In this document: positions 50,938 to 59,330 of the stretch, piece by piece
Layout: every line of letters begins with the position of its first letter
Position numbering within the stretch: position 1 is the stretch's first letter
Origin: Aulosira sp. ZfuVER01
GTDB lineage: Bacteria > Cyanobacteriota > Cyanobacteriia > Cyanobacteriales > Nostocaceae
Length of the DNA stretch: 64,000 nt
Direction: 5' to 3'
NCBI GenBank assembly: GCA_034530615.2
Contig: JAVRCV020000030.1
Coordinates: forward strand, 8,858 to 72,857
Notes under the pieces: model-generated
Seen by the model: only the letters and a program-made list of their open reading frames with translations
What the model was told of the DNA's origin: nothing
Databases searched by the model: none
Translations under genes and position numbers: made by a program

Positions 50938-51118
50938 TCTTTAGCCGTGAGACTTCTGATAGTATAGGCAGAAGGGAAAAAGCTGATTTTATAGGCTTTA
51001 CAACTAAATAATTATTTTGCCTATCTCCAATAGTGGCTGTCATCTGTCTTAACGGTGATTCATTATATTTTTTAATTTAAGGCTCTATCTTATCGAAAAT
51101 TACTAATATTTTTTGATT

Positions 51119-51385
51119 CTATAAATAGACTTTAGTACTTATACAAATTCTGATGTTTTTAGATAGAAAAATTTGTTTTTTCACTTGAAACAAATAAAAA
51201 AGGAGAAGATGAATTTTATCTTCTCCCTTGCCCTTATTTTTAATATCGTCTGCTTTTTTCTCTTCCTTCAGCCTTTGTCGTAGCATCTGCCTTTGTTTTT
51301 TAAGTTGCCGCTTTCTGGCTGAACCACCTTTACCTTTATCGTTCCTTCCCTCTCTGCGAGGAGATTCCCATCTTTTTAATCTCAT
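51119..51385 (-). CDS. Small basic protein; candidate alternative ribosome-rescue factor (ArfA/ArfT/BrfA-like)
   Basis: 88 codons; 23 K/R among the first 57 residues; NDKGKGGSARKR motif; intrinsic terminator within codons 54-64; hydrophobic tail. The function is inferred. Confidence 0.65.
   Translation of the reverse strand: MRLKRWESPRREGRNDKGKGGSARKRQLKKQRQMLRQRLKEEKKADDIKNKGKGEDKIHLLLFYLFQVKKQIFLSKNIRICISTKVYL
51192..51229 (-). terminator. Intragenic intrinsic terminator
   Basis: The mRNA reads AAG-GGAGAAGAU-AAAAUUC-AUCUUCUCC-UUUUUUAUUU: a perfect 9-bp stem, a 7-nt loop and a U-tract, on the same strand as the ORF. Confidence 0.8.
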
Positions 51386-51846
51386 AATTTTTTGCTTTTC
51401 TTAAACTTGACAACTTGATAAAGCAGGTATCCTAGCTTATATACATATAATAGCGCTTTTTCAGCTGCGATCGCTTGTTACATGAAGAAATATTAATAAA
51501 TAAGTGAGGATGCAATGTGAGTTTGCTTCAGTATAAATACTGAAACTAACTTATGCATATTTTACTGATGCATAGAGTGTATTTATTTATAATTCTAGTA
51601 TAAATAAATACATTTTTTCCAGCAATGTTAATGTTTAGGGTTTACAGGTTTGGAAGATTGCATTAAAAAAATAGACGCAGTTTCCTGCTTAATAGTTTCT
51701 ATGAGTTCAAGAAAATAATATTTTCCAGCTACTAAGGTAACATTTAGTATTTATAGCCTTGCTCAAAAGGTATTCTCTATGGACATATAGCCACTTGCTA
51801 GAGAAAGCTGAGAAGTCAAGATTTCTGATAACTATACTTTTTACAG

Positions 51847-51930
51847 TGGGCAGGAGGAGAATCGAACTCCTATGACCGCAAGGTCGCCACATTTTGAGTG
51901 TGGTGCGTCTACCAGTTTCGCCACCCGCCC
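51847..51930 (-). tRNA. tRNA-Leu (CAA)
   Basis: Reverse complement GGGCGGGTGGCGAAACTGGTAGACGCACCACACTCAAAATGTGGCGACCTTGCGGTCATAGGAGTTCGATTCTCCTCCTGCCCA; anticodon CAA, long variable arm. Confidence 0.97.
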
Positions 51931-52068
51931 TTAGATGCAACTTTACTAATATACTCTATTCAAGAGTTTTGTGGCAAGGTATTGATAATTATTTCTGAAT
52001 TATTGCTAATTTAGTACATAAGTATTAATTTTGGGGATGGCGCTTTGCATTGGTGGGCTAGGAGAAAT

Positions 52069-53154
52069 TTAAGATTTCACTAAAGAAGGATCAATATCCT
52101 CTAGCTGGGCACAACCGCTAAGTGCCATAGCCAAGCTTAACTCACCTTGTAGCAGCGATATTATATGAGATACACCTGCTTTTCCCGCTACCGCTAGTCC
52201 CCATAAAACAGGCCGCCCGATGAGTACAGCTTTTGCTCCTAATGCTAGGGCTTTGAGAATATCTGTACCTCGGCGGATACCTCCATCTAACAACACTTCG
52301 GCTTTACCATCTACAGCAGCGACAATCTCTGCTAGAGCGTCTAAAGATGCGATCGCACCATCTAATTGTCTGCCACCATGATTAGAAACAACTATTGCTT
52401 TAACTCCGCACTCGACTGCACGCACAGCATCATCTCCGCGCAAAATCCCTTTAATTACCAAAGGTAAAGGGCAGATAGACTGTAACCATTCCAAATCTTT
52501 CCAAGTTAGCGCTGGGTTTAACTGTTGGGCAAAGTAAGTAAATAACCCAGATTCACCTTGTGCATGGGGAATATCTAGCCCTGAGATAGTTGCGAGATTG
52601 GCCGCGTGTAAGCCTGGTGGTAAGGAAAATTCGTTCCGTTTATCCCGTTCTCTTTGTCCGAGAACAGGAGCATCTACTGTCAGACAAAGCGCTTTGTAAC
52701 CTGCGTTATCGGCTCGTTCGACTAAAGCGCGAGTTAAACCTCTATCTTTGTGGATGTAAAGCTGAAACCATTGCAGAGCATTGGGAAAATTTTGCTGAAT
52801 TGCTGCGACTTCTTCAATAGATTTGGTAGCTAATGTACTTAAAATCATGCCCACACCTGCTGAAGCTGCGGCTGTTGCAGTAGCTATTTCTCCCTCGGGA
52901 TGCGCCAGACATTGAAAAGCCATTGGTGCAATTAGTAAGGGTAGCTCTAGAGGTTGTCCTAATATAGATGTAGTCAAGTTGCGATCGCTCACATCTACTA
53001 GCATCCGCGGTCTTAGTTTTAGGCGTTCAAAAGCAGCGCGGTTATCTCGTAAAGTGATTTCATCCCACGCACCACTGCTGTAGTAATCAAGCGCCATCTG
53101 TGAGAGGTGCTGTTTTGCTAGCTGTTCGTACTCAAAGAGGTTAATCGGTTGCAA
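52069..53154 (-). CDS. FMN-dependent alpha-hydroxy-acid oxidase (lactate/glycolate oxidase family)
   Basis: IAPMAFQ, WFQLY, LTVDAP, SNHGGRQLD, DGGIRRGTD and IGRP motifs. Confidence 0.95.
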   Translation of the reverse strand: MQPINLFEYEQLAKQHLSQMALDYYSSGAWDEITLRDNRAAFERLKLRPRMLVDVSDRNLTTSILGQPLELPLLIAPMAFQCLAHPEGEIATATAAASAGVGMILSTLATKSIEEVAAIQQNFPNALQWFQLYIHKDRGLTRALVERADNAGYKALCLTVDAPVLGQRERDKRNEFSLPPGLHAANLATISGLDIPHAQGESGLFTYFAQQLNPALTWKDLEWLQSICPLPLVIKGILRGDDAVRAVECGVKAIVVSNHGGRQLDGAIASLDALAEIVAAVDGKAEVLLDGGIRRGTDILKALALGAKAVLIGRPVLWGLAVAGKAGVSHIISLLQGELSLAMALSGCAQLEDIDPSLVKS

Positions 53155-53227
53155 GTGATGATTGGATAGGTGGAAAATATTTTTAAGGTCTCACGCAGAG
53201 GCGCAGAGGCGCAAAGAAGAATGTAAC

Positions 53228-54103
53228 TTACCAGTTACGCCATCCACCTTGAGGTTTAGCTTCGGTAGTAGACTGAAGCCCGTGATTGTGCAATAAAGTT
53301 TGATATTCCTTGCTACTTGCCCAACGGTCAATTTCTCGGGCACGGAGGACGGGTACGGGGTGAGTTAGTTGGGCGGTGCGGGCAGCTTTGACCATTTCGC
53401 CAAGTTCTGTCTTACTAATATCATCGTAGGCGCGAGCTTGAGCTACAAAGGCATCAAGATTGAGTTGGGGTGCTAATCTTGGGGAACCACCGGCTAGTTT
53501 CATCAATACTGACATGACAACTTTGGGATTTTGGGTAGCTAGCAAGGCGGCGCGATCGCAGGTAAACTCTGCACAGCGTACCCATTCTAAAAGCTGTGTT
53601 TGTATAGCTTGGGCAATTACAGCTCCCACGTTAGGCAATATTGTTGCTGCTAATACTAATAAATTTACCGGAGTTAGGTAAACGCTGTGGTCACATTTGA
53701 GGTGTCCCAACTCATGGGCAATTACTGCCTGAATTTCTTCTGGGGTGAGGATATCGATGAGGGAGGTATGTAGGACAACAAAAGGTTGCTGACCCCGCAT
53801 AGCAAAGGTATAAGCGTTAGGGGCAGGGTGTTGCCTGACGTACAACTGGGGAGGTTCTATATCTAATACTTTGCAAGCTTCTAACAATAGGTGATGTAAA
53901 TCGGGCAGTTGGTTTTCACCCACTAGAATGCTAGAGGCAATATTTTCTACATAGAAAACCTGCTCTGCCATTGGCCCTAGCCAATTTCGCACCATCATAT
54001 CTAGACCTGGGATCTGCTTAAGAGTTTTAGTAGCTTCCAAGTCTAATGGATGACGAAAAGAATCAGCTTTTAAACCAATTAGCGGCGTTTTTAATAATGA
54101 CAT
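53228..54103 (-). CDS. M48-family zinc metallopeptidase
   Basis: FRHPLD, PNAYT, HELGH, AEFTCDR and THP motifs. Start placed at ATG 54103. Confidence 0.92.
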   Translation of the reverse strand: MSLLKTPLIGLKADSFRHPLDLEATKTLKQIPGLDMMVRNWLGPMAEQVFYVENIASSILVGENQLPDLHHLLLEACKVLDIEPPQLYVRQHPAPNAYTFAMRGQQPFVVLHTSLIDILTPEEIQAVIAHELGHLKCDHSVYLTPVNLLVLAATILPNVGAVIAQAIQTQLLEWVRCAEFTCDRAALLATQNPKVVMSVLMKLAGGSPRLAPQLNLDAFVAQARAYDDISKTELGEMVKAARTAQLTHPVPVLRAREIDRWASSKEYQTLLHNHGLQSTTEAKPQGGWRNW

Positions 54104-54184
54104 ATCGTAACAAGCTTGAAAATAATAGCAATGTGGAATGCTGTTAGTTAAATCAACAGCCCCCAAAGCTAGTATAACGATTTA

Positions 54185-54209
54185 GTAGGGGTGGGCATTG
54201 CCCACCTAC
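54185..54209. repeat. REP-like GTAG palindrome
   Basis: GTAGGGGTGGGCATTGCCCACCTAC hairpin directly after the murA stop codon. Confidence 0.6.
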
Positions 54210-54212
54210 CCA

Positions 54213-55586
54213 CTATGTTGTCATCGACGCTGGCGAGTTGCTGGGGGTTAGTTCTGCATCTGTCGATGGTTCACCTACACGCAGAATTCTCGCACCCAAT
54301 TGCTGCAACTTCATATCAAGTTGATCGTAGCCGCGATCGAGGTGGTGCAATCCCTGAATCGTAGTTGTGCCTTCTGCTGCCAATCCAGCTAAGACTAGGG
54401 CTGCGGATGCTCGCAGATCTGTGCCTAATACTGGTGCGCCTGATAACATCGGCACTCCACGGACGAAGGCCGCATTGCCTTTGACGCGAATATCTGCCCC
54501 CAAGCGATTTAACTCTGAGGCATGACGTAAGCGATTCTCAAACACAGATTCGTTGATCAGGCTGTCACCTTCTGCCAAAGTCAGCAAAGCCATAAATGGC
54601 GCTTGCATATCTGTGGGAAAGCCTGGATGGGGTAAGGTTTCAATATCTGTGGCTTTCAGGGTTGTCGCTGGTAAAACACGTAAGCAATCTTGAGCTTCCT
54701 CAATGATTGTCACGCCAATATCCCGTAACTTGGCAATTACCGGGATCAAATGCTCTGGGCACACGGATGATAAAGTCAGTTCTGAGCGGGTGATGGCTCC
54801 AGCGACTAAAAACGTTCCGGCTTCAATGCGATCGGGAATGATGTTGTATTCTACCGAATGTAACTTGGGAACCCCAACGATTGTAATCGTACTCGAACCC
54901 GCACCTTGAATCTTCGCTCCCATTGCGTTACAGAAATTTGCCAGATCGACTACTTCTGGTTCCCGTGCAGCATTTTCGATAATCGTTTCGCCATCTGCTA
55001 ATGTAGCAGCCATCATCAATGTCTCTGTCGCTCCCACGCTGGGAGTGTCCAGATAAATTTTGGCTCCTTTTAACCTGCCATTGCTACCAGGAACATAGGC
55101 ATTACAAATGCCATGCTCAATCTGGACTTCGGCTCCCATCGCTTGCAGTCCCCGGACATGCAAATCAACTGGTCTGGCACCAATTGCACAACCTCCTGGT
55201 AATGGCATTTGAGCCACTCCCAGACGTGCCAAAAGCGGGCCAATGGCAAAAAAACTAGCCCGTAGTTGGGTAACTAATTCGTAGGGAGCCTTGGATGTGG
55301 TAATTTCGCTGGCATTGATGTCTAAAGTGTCACCGTTTCGGGTTAAACGAATCCCCAAAGCTGATAACACCTGACCCATCCGTTCCACATCCGCTAATAA
55401 AGGGACGTTACGGATGCGGCAATCGCCTGAGCATAGCAAGGTTCCAGCCATGATCACCAGTGCTGAATTTTTGGCCCCGCTAATTTTTACATGACCTCGC
55501 AAAGGATGCCCTCCCCAAATTTGCAAGACTGAGGAGTCTGCTTCAAGAGGGGATTTGGCATCTGGTAAGCTGCTAGAAGGATTGAT
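54213..55586 (-). CDS. murA: UDP-N-acetylglucosamine 1-carboxyvinyltransferase
   Basis: [20 protein letters not shown] (active-site Cys), [22 protein letters not shown] and DLRA motifs. The start is uncertain: ATC at 55586 behind GGAGGT, or TTG at 55526. Confidence 0.96.
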   Translation of the reverse strand: MNPSSSLPDAKSPLEADSSVLQIWGGHPLRGHVKISGAKNSALVIMAGTLLCSGDCRIRNVPLLADVERMGQVLSALGIRLTRNGDTLDINASEITTSKAPYELVTQLRASFFAIGPLLARLGVAQMPLPGGCAIGARPVDLHVRGLQAMGAEVQIEHGICNAYVPGSNGRLKGAKIYLDTPSVGATETLMMAATLADGETIIENAAREPEVVDLANFCNAMGAKIQGAGSSTITIVGVPKLHSVEYNIIPDRIEAGTFLVAGAITRSELTLSSVCPEHLIPVIAKLRDIGVTIIEEAQDCLRVLPATTLKATDIETLPHPGFPTDMQAPFMALLTLAEGDSLINESVFENRLRHASELNRLGADIRVKGNAAFVRGVPMLSGAPVLGTDLRASAALVLAGLAAEGTTTIQGLHHLDRGYDQLDMKLQQLGARILRVGEPSTDAELTPSNSPASMTT

Positions 55587-55894
55587 AAGCCTACCTCCAG
55601 AATAAATATGTCAATCTTAAAGGGTTGAAGTTGGTTTTGATTCTACAGTAAAGATTTAATTTGTCTACATTTTGTACCTGGATCTTGGATAAATAAATTG
55701 TTGTGTTGGCTTGAGTTTAACTGCTCAAAACTTTTATGGGTAAGGGTTACAGGAATTTTAAAATTCTTCAAATCCTCAAAAAGAGAATTTCTGTTTTTGG
55801 CAAAACTCTATACTCCGTAAACACCGGACACATGACTTGACAAATATTGATAAGTAAGTAATGATTAGAAATTGTCGATAAGAACCAAATGCCA

Positions 55895-55976
55895 GCGGAA
55901 CTGGCGGAATTGGCAGACGCGCTAGATTCAGGTTCTAGTGCCGCAAGGCTTCCGGGTTCAAGTCCCGGGTTCCGCA
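55895..55976 (+). tRNA. tRNA-Leu (CAG)
   Basis: GCGGAACTGGCGGAATTGGCAGACGCGCTAGATTCAGGTTCTAGTGCCGCAAGGCTTCCGGGTTCAAGTCCCGGGTTCCGCA; anticodon CAG. Confidence 0.97.
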
Positions 55977-55980
55977 TATC

Positions 55981-56168
55981 AATTTTGGATTTTAGATTGC
56001 CGATTTTGGTGAGGCAGTGCGTTGGGGAGCCACTGCGTTGGACGGATTTCCCGGCTTAAAGCAAGTGGCGTCGGGTTCCCCGACTTAAAGCAACTGCCGT
56101 TCTCCGAAGGAGTTCTCGAAGAGTACCCGAAGGGATTAATCTAAAATCCAAAATCTAAAATCTAAAAT
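55981..56168. repeat. Composite repeat: inverted heptamer arrays enclosing nested small dispersed repeats
   Basis: ATTTTGGATTTTAGATT is inverted to AATCTAAAATCCAAAAT. Inside, one ~46-nt unit (56026-56071) is inserted into a related unit (56013-56098). Confidence 0.75.
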
Positions 56169-56169
56169 T

Positions 56170-56955
56170 GTGCTAACCAGTTTACAAAATCCCTTAGTCA
56201 AGCAAATCCGCAAACTGCACTCCACCAAAGAGCGACATAAGCAGCAATTATTTTTATTAGAAGGGACGCACCTGTTAGAGGAAGCTTGTGCAGTAAATTA
56301 TCCCTTAGTAGCAGTATGCTGCACCCCAGAATGGCAAGCAGATCATCCTACACTGTGGGAGAAAGCTTGTAGTCAATGCGATCGCGCTGAAATTGTCAGT
56401 CAAGAAGTTTTAGAGGCGATCGCTACTACTGTACAACCAGATGGGGTAGTCGCAACGGCAAAAAGAAGCGATCGCCAAACTCAATTACCAATGACTGGCA
56501 TAGTGCTAGCTGTAGAAACTTTGCAAGATCCTGGTAATCTCGGTACGATGATTCGCACGGCAGCGGCGGCGGGAGCATCGGGTTTATGGTTGAGTGGAGA
56601 TAGCGTAGATTTAGATAACCCGAAAGTTTTACGTGCTTCCGCTGGACAGTGGTTTCGCCTAGCAACAGCAGTGACAGAAGATTTGAAAGCGACAATCCAC
56701 CAAAGTCAGCAAGCGGGAATGCAAGTAGTAGCAACCCTACCCAGTGCGACTTTAACTTATTGGGAAATAGACTGGCGCAAACCGAGTTTAATTTTATTGG
56801 GGAATGAAGGTGCTGGTTTGTCGGCAGAAATCGCAGCAATGGCAGACAAGCAAGTAAAAATTCCTCTAAGTCCAGGCGTAGAGTCTTTAAATGTTGCGAT
56901 CGCAGCGGCTTTAATGTTATACGAAGCCCAGCGGCAAATAATTTACCAACAGTGA
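56170..56955 (+). CDS. TrmH/SpoU-family RNA 2'-O-methyltransferase
   Basis: LTSLQNPLVK, QDPGNLGTMIRTA, LGNEGAG and ESLNVA SPOUT motifs. Confidence 0.94.
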   Translation: MLTSLQNPLVKQIRKLHSTKERHKQQLFLLEGTHLLEEACAVNYPLVAVCCTPEWQADHPTLWEKACSQCDRAEIVSQEVLEAIATTVQPDGVVATAKRSDRQTQLPMTGIVLAVETLQDPGNLGTMIRTAAAAGASGLWLSGDSVDLDNPKVLRASAGQWFRLATAVTEDLKATIHQSQQAGMQVVATLPSATLTYWEIDWRKPSLILLGNEGAGLSAEIAAMADKQVKIPLSPGVESLNVAIAAALMLYEAQRQIIYQQ

Positions 56956-56976
56956 GGAATTTTAAGTTTTGACGAT

Positions 56977-57222
56977 TTATAATTTGCGTTCAGCTAAATA
57001 TTGCTCTATATCAGCAACTGCATCTTCAAAGGCTTCTATATCAATAGATGCTAATTCTTCATCTTCTTGAGCTAGTTGGGCATCGCTGACACTACCATTA
57101 TCTAATCCTTGCGTAGCTTCATGCTCAGAAGGATTTTCTTGTAAAATATCCTCCAATTCATCTAAGGCTGCTTGAAACTCTTGAGCGGCAGTTTGACGTT
57201 GTTCTTGCTGATTTTGCTCCAT
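56977..57222 (-). CDS. Small acidic hypothetical protein
   Basis: 81-aa ORF with ATG start; helical and acidic (AAQEFQAALDELEDIL...EDAVADIEQYL). Confidence 0.75.
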   Translation of the reverse strand: MEQNQQEQRQTAAQEFQAALDELEDILQENPSEHEATQGLDNGSVSDAQLAQEDEELASIDIEAFEDAVADIEQYLAERKL

Positions 57223-57393
57223 AATCTTGACCTAAAAATCTAAATTTACTGGCATAATCTTGAGTTTATTGGCTACACTTTAATCTTTTGCAGATTTCAC
57301 ATCATAGTCTCGACTATCGGGAATAAATTTGTTCTCACTTATATCAAATTTACATACTTCAGGCGCAAAAGCCTAAGTTATTTCATCTTCCCA

Positions 57394-57819
57394 TCAGTTA
57401 GTCGCTCCAGAGTGGAGTGTTGCCAAAAATTTATCTAGCATAATACTGGGGATCGGTTTTGGACGCATTGTTTTGACATCTACCCATACCCATAGTGCTT
57501 CAGCTGTCACTAGCAAATCCTCCTGGTTTTGTTTGCGGATTTCGTAGCGTCGGAAGGCGCGAGTACCACGTATTTCCCTCAGCCAAGTGGTAACTTCTAG
57601 GGTATCTCCTGCTACTGCTGGACGCAGATAATCAATTTCTACTCGCCGCATCACAAATACACCACCCGATTCTTGATAGACATCTAAAGTTAAACCCAAG
57701 TGTTCTGAATGTTCAATAGCTGCTTGTTCTAAGTAGTTTTGGTAGACAGCGTTATTGACGTGTCCGAGAGCATCCATTTCGTAGTGTCTAACTCGTAGCA
57801 GCGTTTTGAATATTTGCAT
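57394..57819 (-). CDS. Hotdog-fold acyl-CoA thioesterase (YbgC/4HBT family)
   Basis: VRHYEMDALGHVNNAVYQNYLEQA and IDYLRPA motifs. Confidence 0.93.
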   Translation of the reverse strand: MQIFKTLLRVRHYEMDALGHVNNAVYQNYLEQAAIEHSEHLGLTLDVYQESGGVFVMRRVEIDYLRPAVAGDTLEVTTWLREIRGTRAFRRYEIRKQNQEDLLVTAEALWVWVDVKTMRPKPIPSIMLDKFLATLHSGATN

Positions 57820-58032
57820 GGGTAAGTGGGTAGCTTGTCGCTGTTTGAGACTTTCTCTATATTAGTTTTTCTGCATTAGCGACATTTATACCTTTGAAAG
57901 AAACGAAAATATTGTAGTTCGGAAACCATCTTCAGTCTACACAGGCGATCGCGTGCAGCACGAATCACCATTGAAAATGGCTCAACTACTTTAATCGATC
58001 TAGGGTTGCGATGAGTAAATATACTGCTAGAT

Positions 58033-58323
58033 TTATTCTTGATGTTCTGTAGGCGCACACCACTGAGCAATTAATTCAATTTTTGCTTGCTGCATTAACT
58101 CTTCCACTTGAGCCTGATTGCAACCATAAGTAGATACTAGTAACTGTTCAGCTTGGTTTTTTGTTTCATCAGCAGATACACCAAAGGTCATGATTTCTTC
58201 GTCTCGATTACTTGTAAGGCTTTCAATTGGAATAATACAAATATATTGTGGTTGATTCGATCTAATTTGTTGCACCATTGTTTCCCTACCAACCTCATGC
58301 ATAATAATTAGTCTATTCTCCAT
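58033..58323 (-). CDS. Hypothetical protein
   Basis: 96-aa ORF with an AGGAG upstream of the ATG. The true start may be an internal Met. Confidence 0.6.
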   Translation of the reverse strand: MENRLIIMHEVGRETMVQQIRSNQPQYICIIPIESLTSNRDEEIMTFGVSADETKNQAEQLLVSTYGCNQAQVEELMQQAKIELIAQWCAPTEHQE

Positions 58324-58731
58324 ATATAAAACTCCTATTCGATTTTTTAAAAAATCCGTACACCTTAGCCTCCAGTATTCCTGTCTTTTCCTGTTACCTG
58401 TTCCTTCCCTCTACTTTATGACTGAGCTAATCAAAGAGAGTAAATAATTCATAGCTTGGTAAGCCATCATTAAGAATTTTCTCAAATTAGCGATACTTAG
58501 TTCTGTTAACAGTGACCCATGAGAAAATATATTGAGGTAAAAAATATCTGTTTGTAAATTTAAGCAGTGGTGGGAGCAGAGATAAGCATTAATTGATTTA
58601 AAACTTAGTTAGTTATTCTCTGCAAGTGAACAGATCCGTGCGCAGGCTCTCCTTAAAAAACTTCTCTTTAATTAGTGCAGGCTCAATTAATCTAGTTTAG
58701 TAGATTGTGCATAAAAATTGGAGGTTATAAA

Positions 58732-58875
58732 ATGGCTTTTCGTAATAACACTAGTACCAATTTATGGCAAAAATTCCAACAGGATTCAGTAAGTTGGGGG
58801 TCATTAACACTATGGATCAGCGGCTTAGTTGTACTGTTAATCACCCTGTTCATTTTTTCTAACATTTTAGATTAG
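58732..58875 (+). CDS. 47-aa single-pass membrane small protein (absent from the ORF track)
   Basis: GGAGG Shine-Dalgarno 7 nt before the ATG; MAFRNNTSTNLWQKFQQDSVSWGSLTLWISGLVVLLITLFIFSNILD; hairpin directly downstream. Confidence 0.7.
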   Translation: MAFRNNTSTNLWQKFQQDSVSWGSLTLWISGLVVLLITLFIFSNILD

Positions 58876-58892
58876 CTAAATTACATCATTTT

Positions 58893-58932
58893 TTAGCCAG
58901 TAATTGACCTCAGAGGAAAAGTTACTGGCTAA
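58893..58932 (+). terminator. Hairpin after the small ORF
   Basis: 11-bp inverted repeat TTAGCCAGTAA / TTACTGGCTAA. Confidence 0.5.
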
Positions 58933-58984
58933 TCAGTATAGCCTCTTCTCATGAGTTTATTTCATCAAGTCGTGTTAAAATTTT

Positions 58985-59299
58985 ATGAACATTAGAATTT
59001 TAGGATCAATTTTATTAATAGCTAATGTTGGCTTAATTAATCCAATTAAAGCTCAAGAGCCTAGTAATAATGAACCAGTACAATCCAATCCAATAATCAA
59101 TGCTTGTATTCAGAACAAAGCAGAGACTTTACCAAATCCTTTTAGCGATGTACCATCAGACCATTGGGCTTTCAAAGCAGTTATGACTATGCACTATTGC
59201 GGAGCATTTCGCCAAGCTACGCCGCCTGCTTTATTTCAGCAACTAAAACCGACTGAAACTCAACAGCCACAGCCACAAAAACAGCAGTCTCAACAGTAG
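58985..59299 (+). CDS. Small secreted protein with one S-layer homology (SLH)-like motif
   Basis: Signal peptide ending in IKA-Q, then FSDVPSDHWAFKAV. Confidence 0.8.
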   Translation: MNIRILGSILLIANVGLINPIKAQEPSNNEPVQSNPIINACIQNKAETLPNPFSDVPSDHWAFKAVMTMHYCGAFRQATPPALFQQLKPTETQQPQPQKQQSQQ

Positions 59300-59330
59300 A
59301 TTTTAAGCTTAAAATAATATACTATTATCT

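Noticed and set aside
50742..51011. 89-aa ORF, and likewise 60924-61148
   Set aside because: Both run through repeat elements and show no protein-like features.
25166..51930. Glycan cluster as a tRNA-integrated genomic island between tRNA-Gln and tRNA-Leu(CAA)
   Set aside because: No integrase and no duplicated tRNA 3' end (att site) were seen.
51707..51940. ORFs 51707-51940 and 55768-55977
   Set aside because: They overlap tRNA-Leu genes and are spurious.
52069..53154. Functional link between the hydroxy-acid oxidase (possible glyoxylate/oxalate source) and the A-T-TE pair
   Set aside because: They are ~40 kb apart with unrelated genes in between, and nothing in the sequence links them.
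55981..56168. CRISPR array
   Set aside because: The repeats are nested or heptameric, not regularly spaced with unique spacers, and there are no cas genes in the window.
2994..56839. Numerous short antisense or alternate-frame ORFs in the track (e.g. 2994-3242, 13432-13737, 22532-22873, 56426-56839)
   Set aside because: They are shadows of well-supported genes and carry no independent motifs.
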